NCBI GenBank assembly: GCA_009779255.1
Contig: WREQ01000003.1
Location: 1 to 54,169 of the forward strand
Source of the DNA: Dehalococcoidia bacterium
Lineage (GTDB): Bacteria; Chloroflexota; Dehalococcoidia; Dehalococcoidales; UBA1222
Direction: 5' to 3'
DNA: 54,169 bases
In this document: in pieces, positions 1-8,433 of the stretch
How positions within the stretch are numbered: the first letter of the stretch is position 1
Layout: each line of letters starts with the position of its first letter
Notes under the pieces: model-generated
Seen by the model: only the letters and a program-made list of their open reading frames with translations
The model's database searches: none
What the model was told of the DNA's origin: nothing
Made by a program: the position numbers and the translations under genes

Positions 1-240
1 CTTGTTCGTAAATCCATGTTGGAGGAGCGAGCCTGCGAGTGACGAAGCATCTGGTGGGGTGGTGGATGATTACCCCTCGCCACCAGATCCTTCGGTCGCT
101 ACGCTCCCTCCAGGATGGACTTGATCAGAGCATCTGGAGGGGTGGTGGATGGTTGCTCTCCGCCTCCAGATCCTTCGGTCGCTGCGCTCCCTCCAGGATG
201 GACTTGGTCATGGCATCTGGTGGGGCGGCGGATTAGCAAT
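1..240 (-). repeat. Partial tandem array of long hairpin-forming repeat units (same family as 19463-20040, opposite orientation)
   Basis: The reverse complement of 1-123 aligns over its whole length (roughly 90 percent identity by eye) to the 121-nt unit at 19532-19652. The reverse complement of 124-208 aligns to the 83-nt short unit at 19653-19735. 209-240 is a partial unit. The array runs off the left edge. Confidence 0.85.
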
Positions 241-250
241 TGTCCCCTAC

Positions 251-277
251 AAATCCAATATGTGCTGGACTCACACA
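251..277 (+). repeat. Copy 1 of conserved hairpin element (core TCCAATATGTG)
   Basis: AAATCCAATATGTGCTGGACTCACACA shares the exact 11-mer TCCAATATGTG with three other loci. TCCA/TGGA arms flank an AT-rich loop; the 5' arm is partly degenerate. Confidence 0.8.
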
Positions 278-368
278 GTTGCTTGCAACTAGCCATGGAT
301 TTTGACATACTGAACGCATGATTGGATAGGCTCGCGATGACGTGTCTGAGGTTAAACTAAGCCGTCAG

Positions 369-605
369 TTAACGGAGATAGTTTGCAATGAGGAATAGGT
401 TATCCTGATTGCCACCAACTGCCCCTGCGGCATGTGGATGAATTTTGATATGGCTGGCATCTATCATGAGCCATTCAAAGTCAGGTTCGTCCACCAGCAA
501 TTCAAGCAGATGCCCCCAACATCCTGCATCACGCCATCGTCTAAACCTCCGGTGTACAGAACCCCACTTTCAAACACTATAATCTGGTTTAGCAAGTCTT
601 GCTCA
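369..605 (-). pseudogene. IS5-family (DDE) transposase remnant
   Basis: Minus-strand translation gives KWGSVHRRFRRWRDAGCWGHLLELLVDEPDFEWLMIDASHIKIHPHAAGAVGGNQ, the conserved central block of IS5-family transposases. The upstream part is interrupted by in-frame TGA codons (570-572 and 603-605). The frame ends at 369-371 after about 11 unrelated residues, so only a fraction of a transposase remains. Confidence 0.7.
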
Positions 606-744
606 AAAATACGGCTCAAAATTGTCGCAAGCGCGAAAAAAATTGACACAAGCGTGAAAGTAATAGCATACTAAGGGCGCGGAAGGTAGAAAAATGCGGT
701 TTCATTATCGTTTCGCGCCTTTCGCAGAAAGGTAGGCCATCACC

Positions 745-2964
745 ATGAAAACCAAAACGCACATTTACATGGCGAATCTGCTGATCGAGGATGTGAAGGT
801 AAACCGTATCGTGTTGCCAAAAGTTGGGACTTTTGGTGTACCTCCTATGGTGGGAAACGCCATTGTTAGACATCCGGGCGCCTTCCGCGCCGGCGCCGTC
901 GGGCCGGACTTTTACCCTGATATCCTATTGGGTCAGGGAACGATCCATGCGGAAGAATCGAGTTGGTGGCTGAACTTGATGTTCAACAGGCTCGGCGTGT
1001 CCGAAACCTCCGAGAGGGAGAAGAATTTAGCCTTTACCCTTGGATATATGGTGCATTATGCGGGCGACTTGTTTGGCCATGCCTATGTGAACTCATACGC
1101 GGGGGGATGGTTCCCCGCCATAAGCGAAATACCCACAAGCATGGAAAAGGCCAAGATCGCAACGCGGCACATGCTTGTTGAAGAATATATGGACAAAAGG
1201 GTACCCGCCAGCGCCTCCATGCGTCTTGAACCGCCCATAGATTTTTTACGCGACGTCTTTACCTGTAACGACGCGCAGAATCTTATGCTGTCAAGGCGCG
1301 TGAACGACACCTTTTATAACCCGTTGGGTAAATTCATAAATCTCAGAAATGATGTTCACGACGATTTGATGAAGGCGTGGATAGGGATGACCCCCTTAGT
1401 TACAAAGTATGTGCAAAACTGGGAAATGGACGTCGATTCCGGTATCAAATCCTGGCTCGTGGAATGGAATAAGGCCGCCCAAATCTTCGCCGAAGGCGGT
1501 AACAATAGCTTGAGCCGGGTAAAAAATAATTTCGTGAACTGGTTTCTCACAAAGTACCTCAGCATGATCGGACTCCCGGATTTTATCGGACAGACCGCGG
1601 CATTCCTGAGAAACATTAATCTGCTGGGGCCGCTTGAGGAGTTGCTCGACGAACTAGAAAAAATGTTCTATAAAGCCATTGCCAGGGCCGTCCTCGGTAA
1701 GACCTATGATGACGTTGCGCAAGCGATCGCTGATATCAAGATGATCTTCAGCAACCCGAAAACCTATTTAGATAACGGGACAATCTTTCCGGAAAGGAAT
1801 ATCAGCGCAAAGCTTGACGCGGATTTCGGCAACTACGGCATGGAGAGCGAAACGACGAACCAGACGTTCCTCGCCGTGACGCAGTGCCTGAATATGAGCA
1901 AGCTCTGCCTGCTCGGGGTCGATAACCTTAACGCCATTGGCAGAAGGCATGTGGGAAACTACTCGTTTTATAGCAAACCAACGTTTTTTCCGGGCGCCCG
2001 CTTAGGTTATGTCACCGTGAAAACCAGCGGGTCCTGGTGGTCGGGTACCGACAACAACGTGTATATCGGTATCCGCTATGACGGCGGTAGGGTTTATGAA
2101 GTCCTGTGCGATAAATTTTTATACAACGACTTTGAGCGCGGCGACGTGGATACATATTCTTTCCATGTGCCGGAAAACGTAAGCTTAAATAGCGTCACCG
2201 CTATTAGGGTGCGCATGAGCGGCCGCACCCCCGCGGGCGACTGGAAATGCGACTGGATAGAAATAAAAGACCATAACAGAAACGTTCTGTTCCGGGTCGA
2301 CAATGACTTCTGGCTAAAAAGCGGAGAATGGAAAGACCGGACAGACCTCACCAAGTTTTTTGACACTTCCCTCACAACAATCCCTGTCAGCCCCAAAATC
2401 ATCAACTTCATGTTCAGCCTCGACGGCAAGGGGCTAAGCGATGCGAACCCGGCTACCGAGGCGCAATGGGAGTTCTGGGGGCCGAGGAGGTTCGAATTAT
2501 ATAGCCACGAGGTCCTTCGCGAAAACGTTTTCAATCCCTTATTCGTCTCGCCCGCCTTGATGGCGAATGGGCAGTATGTTGCGCCGAATGGTCCGCCAAC
2601 GCGGGCGGAGCCGGGGGAAGACGGCGCGGGTAGGTATGGGACACTGGATCCGTACGCAGGTTTTGAGCCGCGGGAAGGTCAGGATCCGTGGGAAAGTCCG
2701 GAGCTTGTGGATGATCCGGTTTGGCCGGATTATACGCGGGAGGTCAAAGGCATACTGTATTATTTAAATAAAAAGGCAAATTGGATGGGCGGGCCGCACC
2801 ATGAATTGCATAAATTCCATTGCTCGCATATTCCGAGCTATGGGAACCGTATAAGCTTGGGGCTGCATGAATCCCCCAAAAATGCGGCGAGGGCCGCAAA
2901 AAACAAGGTTAAATACGAAATTGACGGCTGTTACTACTGCTGCGGGGAGTTACACAACAAGTAA
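745..2964 (+). CDS. Zinc-dependent phospholipase C-like domain plus PLAT/LH2 domain protein (alpha-toxin-like architecture)
   Basis: 739-aa ORF. The N-terminal region carries metal-ligand-like motifs of zinc phospholipase C (THIYMA, GAVGPDFYPD, HYAGDLFGH, RHMLVEEY). About nt 2005-2275 (YVTVKTSGSWWSGTDNNVYIGIRYDG...DWKCDWIEIKD) reads as a PLAT/LH2 beta-sandwich. The C-terminal tail is Cys/His rich (HCSH...CYYCC). No signal peptide is evident. Confidence 0.75.
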   Translation: MKTKTHIYMANLLIEDVKVNRIVLPKVGTFGVPPMVGNAIVRHPGAFRAGAVGPDFYPDILLGQGTIHAEESSWWLNLMFNRLGVSETSEREKNLAFTLGYMVHYAGDLFGHAYVNSYAGGWFPAISEIPTSMEKAKIATRHMLVEEYMDKRVPASASMRLEPPIDFLRDVFTCNDAQNLMLSRRVNDTFYNPLGKFINLRNDVHDDLMKAWIGMTPLVTKYVQNWEMDVDSGIKSWLVEWNKAAQIFAEGGNNSLSRVKNNFVNWFLTKYLSMIGLPDFIGQTAAFLRNINLLGPLEELLDELEKMFYKAIARAVLGKTYDDVAQAIADIKMIFSNPKTYLDNGTIFPERNISAKLDADFGNYGMESETTNQTFLAVTQCLNMSKLCLLGVDNLNAIGRRHVGNYSFYSKPTFFPGARLGYVTVKTSGSWWSGTDNNVYIGIRYDGGRVYEVLCDKFLYNDFERGDVDTYSFHVPENVSLNSVTAIRVRMSGRTPAGDWKCDWIEIKDHNRNVLFRVDNDFWLKSGEWKDRTDLTKFFDTSLTTIPVSPKIINFMFSLDGKGLSDANPATEAQWEFWGPRRFELYSHEVLRENVFNPLFVSPALMANGQYVAPNGPPTRAEPGEDGAGRYGTLDPYAGFEPREGQDPWESPELVDDPVWPDYTREVKGILYYLNKKANWMGGPHHELHKFHCSHIPSYGNRISLGLHESPKNAARAAKNKVKYEIDGCYYCCGELHNK

Positions 2965-3028
2965 CGCGGATTTTAAGCAAGACAATATCTACTGCAACGG
3001 GAGCTGGTCTGCTCAAATGGCAGAGTAA

Positions 3029-3061
3029 AGCCCTGTAATCGTGAGATTACAGGGCTTTTTC
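3029..3061 (+). terminator. Rho-independent terminator of the PLC-PLAT gene
   Basis: AGCCCTGTAATC gtga GATTACAGGGCT forms a 12-bp perfect stem followed by TTTTT. Confidence 0.75.
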
Positions 3062-3250
3062 CATCTGTCAGCGGTTATTGTTTTTTAGTTTGTGGCGGTT
3101 GTGATATGCCCCCATTTATTGGTTCAATCACAGCCTTACTGAATGGCTATTGTTTTACAACACTGTACGCCCTCATCATTCAGTACGTATTAACGGTAAG
3201 CAAGTTCCGCCTCTCAATGGTTGCATAAATATGCTAAACTTAAATCCTTC

Positions 3251-3278
3251 TCAGTCCAATATGTGCTGGACTCATACA
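3251..3278 (+). repeat. Copy 2 of conserved hairpin element
   Basis: TCAGTCCAATATGTGCTGGACTCATACA, with stem AGTCCA/TGGACT. It lies immediately upstream of the candidate -35 box of the trpB2 leader promoter. Confidence 0.8.
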
Positions 3279-3283
3279 CCCGT

Positions 3284-3312
3284 TTGACAAATAAAAATGT
3301 CTGCGATATAGT
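3284..3312 (+). promoter_or_regulatory. Candidate sigma70-type promoter for T-box/trpB2 transcript
   Basis: TTGACA (3284-3289), 17-nt spacer, TATAGT (3307-3312). Confidence 0.5.
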
Positions 3313-3319
3313 TTGCCTA

Positions 3320-3600
3320 GTTTAATATCACACAGGCGTGGAACAGGAATAGTAAGCCTGCCAGCGAGACAAAGAGAGCCGGGGATGGTGTGATCCGGTG
3401 TCGGCGTAGCGGCTGAATGGACTTGGGAGCCTCCGTCCGAAAGATAGTAGGATGGGACGCACAGGGGAGCGTTATCAACCCCGGGGTATCCTGTGTTACA
3501 GCGTACCCGCAGAGATGTCGCGATAAATTCGCGACAAAGAAGGGTGGCACCGCATTAGGAAGCCTCCTGCCCCTTCAACCGGGCGGGAGGCTTTTTTTAT
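3320..3600 (+). promoter_or_regulatory. T-box leader (tRNA-sensing riboswitch), Trp specifier UGG
   Basis: Stem I elements are present: AGAGAG, a distal loop with GGTGTGA, and a specifier-loop context GAA-TGG-A with TGG at 3418-3420. A stem III hairpin GTCGCGAtaaatTCGCGAC is followed by the T-box sequence AAAGAAGGGTGGCACCGC (3537-3554). The terminator is GGAAGCCTCCTGCC...GGGCGGGAGGCTT plus a T-run (3558-3599). Confidence 0.8.
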
Positions 3601-3634
3601 TTTGCGCAAGTAAAAAATATTTAAGGAGGAGACC

Positions 3635-4990
3635 ATGGACAACATCAAATACAACCTGCCCGAAAAGGAAATGCCTGTCAGTTGGTACAATATCCAGGCC
3701 GACCTTCCGGAGCCTTTGCCGCCTTATCTGCACCCGGTGACCAAACAGCCGCTGGTCCCAGCTGACCTGGCGCCCCTGTTTCCCATGGAACTCATAAAAC
3801 AGGAAGTGAGCCAGGAACGTTACATCGACATTCCGGAGGAGGTTCAGGAGATTTACCGCCAGTTCCGCCCGGCTCCGCTTTACCGCGCCCGCAGGTTGGA
3901 GAAAGCGCTCGACACTCCGGCGCACATCTACTACAAATTTGAGGACGTCAGCCCTGCCGGCTCTCATAAGCCCAATACCGCCATCCCGCAGGCTTACTAC
4001 AACAAGAAGGAAGGCATAAAGCGCCTCACCACGGAAACGGGTGCAGGGCAATGGGGCAGCTCTCTCGCCTTCGCCTGCAGCCAGTTCGATATAGAACTCA
4101 AGATATATATGGTCAGGGTAAGCTATAACCAGAAACCCTACCGCCGGATGACGATGGAAGCATGGGGGGCGACCTGCGTACCCAGCCCCTCTCCTGACAC
4201 CGGATCCGGACGCGCGGCACTGGCCGCCGACCCCAATAATCCAGGCTCGCTCGGATTGGCCATCAGCGAGGCAGTTGAAGACGCCGCTCCCCGCGATGAT
4301 ACCCACTATGCCTTGGGCAGCGTTCTCAACCATGTTCTGTTACACCAGACAATCATTGGACAGGAAGCTCTGAAGCAAATGGAAATGGCCGGAGAGTATC
4401 CGGATGCTGTCATCGCCTGCGCAGGCGGCGGCTCAAACTTCGGCGGGCTGGCACTGCCGTTCGTGCGCGATAACCTCACAAAGGGCAGAAAAACACAAAT
4501 CATCGCCGTTGAGCCGTCAAGCTGCCCATCCCTCACCAAGGGACTCTACGCCTATGATTATGGCGACGTGGCCGGTATGGCTCCCATCGCCAAGATGTTC
4601 ACCTTGGGCAGCAACTTTATGCCGCCCCCCGTGCACGCCGGCGGCCTGCGCTACCACGGTATGTCACCGATTGTAAGTCACCTCAAAAAGCTGGGACTAA
4701 TCGAAGCGCGGACTGTCAACCAGCTACCCACTTTTGAAGCAGGCATCCAGTTTGCCCGCAGCGAAGGTTTCATCAGCGCCCCGGAGACCAACCACGCTAT
4801 CCGCGCCGTTATTGACGAAGCCTTGAGATGCCGTGAATCCGGCGAAAAGAAGGTCTTACTGTTCTGCCATTCCGGTCACGGCCATTTCGATATGGCGGCC
4901 TATGAAGCCTACCTGTCGGGAAAACTCTCCGACTACGAATACACCGACGAGAAAGTAAAAGAGGCGCTGTCCTGCCTGCCTGCAGTCTAG
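3635..4990 (+). CDS. trpB: Tryptophan synthase beta chain, TrpB2 (type 2, stand-alone)
   Basis: 451 aa with the long TrpB2-type N-terminus ([11 protein letters not shown]...), the PLP lysine motif [19 protein letters not shown] and [19 protein letters not shown] lies upstream. No trpA is adjacent. Confidence 0.9.
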   Translation: MDNIKYNLPEKEMPVSWYNIQADLPEPLPPYLHPVTKQPLVPADLAPLFPMELIKQEVSQERYIDIPEEVQEIYRQFRPAPLYRARRLEKALDTPAHIYYKFEDVSPAGSHKPNTAIPQAYYNKKEGIKRLTTETGAGQWGSSLAFACSQFDIELKIYMVRVSYNQKPYRRMTMEAWGATCVPSPSPDTGSGRAALAADPNNPGSLGLAISEAVEDAAPRDDTHYALGSVLNHVLLHQTIIGQEALKQMEMAGEYPDAVIACAGGGSNFGGLALPFVRDNLTKGRKTQIIAVEPSSCPSLTKGLYAYDYGDVAGMAPIAKMFTLGSNFMPPPVHAGGLRYHGMSPIVSHLKKLGLIEARTVNQLPTFEAGIQFARSEGFISAPETNHAIRAVIDEALRCRESGEKKVLLFCHSGHGHFDMAAYEAYLSGKLSDYEYTDEKVKEALSCLPAV

Positions 4991-5015
4991 GCAACATCCG
5001 ACAATCCGAATAAAA

Positions 5016-5045
5016 GAAGGGGATGGCCGATTAGCCATCCCCTTC
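5016..5045. terminator. Bidirectional hairpin between convergent trpB2 and ileS
   Basis: GAAGGGGATGGC cgatta GCCATCCCCTTC forms a 12-bp stem. The flank is A-rich on one side, giving a U-run for the minus-strand ileS transcript. Confidence 0.6.
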
Positions 5046-5066
5046 TGCACTTTCAGAGGCCGCCAC

Positions 5067-8000
5067 TCATGCAGTTTTCAGCACACCCATCACGATAACA
5101 TGCCCATCCAGTTTGTGCTCTTCAACGAAGGCTTCAGCGGGAGGAGCTTCAAGGATTATCTCACGCGACAGGGTCTCGTGCCTGATGTATGCCCCAAAGC
5201 CGACGATAACCTGCCGTACATAGTCATCACATTGGAAGTAACTCGTTATGTAATCTGCAATTTCAAACCCGGCCGTCTTGCGTATGTTCTGAAGGCGATG
5301 CACAATCTCACGCGTCAGTCCCTCCTGTGCCAGTTCCGGAGTGATATTTGTATCTACCGCTACACCCAGTTCGCCGTCCTCGCTGAAGGCGCTAATAGAA
5401 GCACAATCACTCACCTCGTCACTGAAAAGGAGTTCCTTGATGTTGAGTTCTTCCAGAATCTGCTCTTTTGAACGCGCCAACCCCTTCTTCTCAGACTGCG
5501 AGCGCACCCTGACCACCGCAGATGAGAGCGGCTGCCGTACCTTGATGGCGGCAGCTGCCCTCGCAGCACGTCCCAGACTGGAAACTTTCATGGCAAGACG
5601 CATATCGGCGGAAAGATCCTTGTCTATCAACATCTCGTCGGATACGGGAAAGTCATCAAGATGTACGCTCTCCGGCGCATCAGGATATGCCGTCAGCACC
5701 AGATTCCGATAGATTTCATCCGCAAGAAACGGCATGAAAGGCGCCAGCAGCCGCGACAACGTTGTCAGGCATTTGTAAAGAGTCTGATAGGCCGCCAGTT
5801 TATCCGTATCGCTCTCACTCTTCCAGAAACGGCGGCGCGAGCGGCGCACGTACCAGTTGGAGAGATAGTCCACAAAACGCTCGATCGCGCGCCCGGCATC
5901 AGTGATGTTATAGCCGTCAAGATCATCCGTAACTTCTTTAACCAGCTGGTTAAGTTCTGACAGTATCCAGCGATCCAGAGTGGTCGGCGGCGGGTTGCTC
6001 TTGTCTTCCGCCGGATTATACCTGTCAATATTGGCATAGGTGACAAAGAAGGAATAAACATTCCAGAGAATGAGCATAAACTGCCGCGTCACCTCACCAA
6101 CCAGCGCCTCGGAAAAACGCCGGGCGTTGCCGGGAGGAGCCGCCGTGAACAGATACCAACGCAACGCGTCAGCGCCGTGCTTCTGTAGCAACGGCAGCGG
6201 CTCCACGACATTGCCGCGCGACTTGCTCATCTTTTCGCCCTGTCCGTCGAGTATATGCCCTAAACAGATAACATTTTTGTAGCAGGGACGGTCAAACAGT
6301 AGCGTGGACAGCGCGTGGAGGCTGTAGAACCAACCGCGAGTCTGATCCACCGCCTCGCAGATGTAATCCGCCGGAAACCGCCCATCATCGAATATACCTC
6401 CGCTTTCCTGGGCAAAAGGATAATGCCACTGCGCCACCGGCATGGCACCGGAGTCAAACCAGCAATCAATGACTTCTGCTACCCGCTTCATTTTTCCACC
6501 GCACTTGGAGCAGGAATATGTCATCTCATCCACATACGGCCGATGCAGATTGAGCGGTTCGGTCAGTCCACTAAAATTGGGCTTTGCCTTGAGGTCACCC
6601 AGCCCGCCGACACACTCCTGCGCACAGCACTGGTCGCACTGCCACACCGGCAGCGGCGTACCCCAGTAGCGCTCGCGGGAGAACGCCCAATCCACATTAT
6701 TGGAAAGCCAGTCGCCGAAACGGCCGTCCTTGATGTGCTCAGGCACCCAGTTAATCTGACTGTTGCCGGCAAGCATACGCTCTTTGAGCGCGGATGTCCT
6801 GATATACCACGACTGCTTGGCGTAATACAGCAACGGGGTGGAGCAGCGCCAGCAAAACGGATAGGTATGATGCATCGTTTCCGCCTTGAGTAGCAGCCCG
6901 CGCGATTTGAGTTCAGAGATGATCTCTTTGTCCGCGCTTTTGACAAATTTTCTAGAAAAGGGATAATTGCCGGTTATTTTTCCCTGAAGGTCTACATGCT
7001 GAACAAAATCCAGACCTTCACTACGTCCGGCTTCAAAGTCAGCTTCGCCGAAAGCCGGCGCCACATGCACGATACCCGTGCCGTCATCCATAGTGACAAA
7101 AGCCGTGGAGATGACACGATAGCTGAGGTTCTGGCCGGATGACTCCACGTTGATGGAAGGACTGTGTTGCGAGCTATCAGATTGGAACCGCCGGCGCTCG
7201 ACGGCGAAATCGTGCGGATTATACAGCGGGGCATAGCGTAGCCCCACCATCTCGCGCCCCTTGAAAACGTCCGGTGTTTGCGCCTGCTCCAATCCGACGG
7301 CTTCCACACGCGCACAGGCCAGTATCAGATTTTCACCATCAACCTGCACCGCCATGTAGTCAGCATCCGCGCAAACAGCCAGCGCCGTGTTCCCCGGCAA
7401 CGTCCACGGAGTAGTAGTCCATGCCAGCAGATATACCGGCAGATGCGAGTCAACACCGGGCAGGTTAGCCACAAAGGAATCATCCAGCACTCTAAACTTA
7501 ACGAACACGGACGGATCCGGGGTGTCATCCTTGTAACCTTGGGCAACTTCATGAGAGGAAAGTGAGGTTCCGCAACGCGGGCAGTGCGGCGTTACACGAT
7601 ACCCATGATATATCAGGCCGCGCTCCCACAACTGTTTTAATATCCACCAGCCGCTCTCAATGTAGCTGTTATCCATTGTTATGTAAGGATGCTCCAGATC
7701 AACCCAGAAACCGATGCGTTCGGTAAGCGCATCCCATTCCTTCAGATAACGAAAAACACTATCGCGGCACAAGGCATTGAACTTGTCGATACCAAAGCGC
7801 TCTATGTCGGTCTTGTTGGAAAGACCCAGTTGCTTTTCCACCTCCAGCTCCACCGGAAGGCCGTGGGTGTCCCAGCCGGCAATACGCGGAGCATAGTAGC
7901 CCTGCATGGACTTGTAACGCGGAATAACATCCTTGAACACACGCGAGATAACATGATGAATCCCCGGCTTGCCGTTAGCTGTGGGCGGACCTTCGTATAA

Positions 8001-8132
8001 AGTAAACCGCCTGCCGGTTTTACGCTGTTCTATGCTGCGCCGGAATATTTCATTCTCGCGCCAGAACACCAGCATAACTTCTTCAAGTTTAGCGAAATTT
8101 GCCTTGCTTCCAACCGGTTTAAACATGGTCAA
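5067..8132 (-). CDS. ileS: Isoleucine--tRNA ligase (type 2)
   Basis: 1021 aa with a HIGH-type motif (PTANGKPGIHH), KMSKS, the WTTTPWTLP editing-domain motif, and zinc-cluster cysteines. Confidence 0.97.
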   Translation of the reverse strand: MTMFKPVGSKANFAKLEEVMLVFWRENEIFRRSIEQRKTGRRFTLYEGPPTANGKPGIHHVISRVFKDVIPRYKSMQGYYAPRIAGWDTHGLPVELEVEKQLGLSNKTDIERFGIDKFNALCRDSVFRYLKEWDALTERIGFWVDLEHPYITMDNSYIESGWWILKQLWERGLIYHGYRVTPHCPRCGTSLSSHEVAQGYKDDTPDPSVFVKFRVLDDSFVANLPGVDSHLPVYLLAWTTTPWTLPGNTALAVCADADYMAVQVDGENLILACARVEAVGLEQAQTPDVFKGREMVGLRYAPLYNPHDFAVERRRFQSDSSQHSPSINVESSGQNLSYRVISTAFVTMDDGTGIVHVAPAFGEADFEAGRSEGLDFVQHVDLQGKITGNYPFSRKFVKSADKEIISELKSRGLLLKAETMHHTYPFCWRCSTPLLYYAKQSWYIRTSALKERMLAGNSQINWVPEHIKDGRFGDWLSNNVDWAFSRERYWGTPLPVWQCDQCCAQECVGGLGDLKAKPNFSGLTEPLNLHRPYVDEMTYSCSKCGGKMKRVAEVIDCWFDSGAMPVAQWHYPFAQESGGIFDDGRFPADYICEAVDQTRGWFYSLHALSTLLFDRPCYKNVICLGHILDGQGEKMSKSRGNVVEPLPLLQKHGADALRWYLFTAAPPGNARRFSEALVGEVTRQFMLILWNVYSFFVTYANIDRYNPAEDKSNPPPTTLDRWILSELNQLVKEVTDDLDGYNITDAGRAIERFVDYLSNWYVRRSRRRFWKSESDTDKLAAYQTLYKCLTTLSRLLAPFMPFLADEIYRNLVLTAYPDAPESVHLDDFPVSDEMLIDKDLSADMRLAMKVSSLGRAARAAAAIKVRQPLSSAVVRVRSQSEKKGLARSKEQILEELNIKELLFSDEVSDCASISAFSEDGELGVAVDTNITPELAQEGLTREIVHRLQNIRKTAGFEIADYITSYFQCDDYVRQVIVGFGAYIRHETLSREIILEAPPAEAFVEEHKLDGHVIVMGVLKTA

Positions 8133-8411
8133 CCCTCATAAAAATAATAAACCCGTCCTCTTCGAGGACGGGCTAAAACCCGCGGTACCACCCCGTTTTT
8201 CCAACAACGGAACAAACTCTGAAGGCATTCACTGCCCCCGCCGCTTTAACGGGCGGCAACCGTCCAAGCCTGCGACTCCGCCTGTTGAGCGGTGACATGA
8301 GCCTGGCACTCAGGAGTGATTTTCAAAGGAGCGAAACGTCTGCTCTCACCGCACCAGACTCGCTGCGCACCGCTGTCCTTTTACTCTTCTCCGTCAACGC
8401 TTTTTTTAGTT
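8133..8411 (-). promoter_or_regulatory. T-box leader, Ile specifier AUC
   Basis: Read on the minus strand: AGCGAG and GGTGCGGTGAGAGC in stem I, and specifier context GAAA-ATC-A (ATC = 8318-8320). The T-box sequence is CGGGGTGGTACCGCGGG (plus-strand 8181-8194 core). The terminator CCCGTCCTC gaa GAGGACGGG is followed by TTTATTATTTTTAT (8138-8172). An extended -10 TGTTATAAT lies at 8419-8427. Confidence 0.8.
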
Positions 8412-8433
8412 TGGCTTCATTATAACATTGCGG

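Noticed and set aside
39-321. ORFs of 65-69 aa on both strands across the left repeat array
   Set aside because: They are translations of the tandem repeats: the same peptide motifs recur in several frames and on both strands, there are no SD sequences, and there is no similarity to anything I recognise. Open frames here are a by-product of repeat composition.
570-605. In-frame TGA codons in the IS5 fragment as possible Trp recoding
   Set aside because: Several well-supported genes in the window terminate with TGA (nadE, arsR-like, the PP-loop gene, btuC-like), so the standard code applies. The fragment is also truncated at both ends, so pseudogene is the simpler reading.
3575-4333. 252-aa antisense ORF inside trpB2, and similar long shadow ORFs (9573-10325, 28373-29032, 33874-34446, 39385-40041, 45593-46636, 25373-25870)
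   Set aside because: Each lies entirely opposite a gene with strong family signatures. They have Arg/Ala/Gly-rich low-complexity composition typical of antisense frames in GC-rich coding DNA, and they lack SD sequences.
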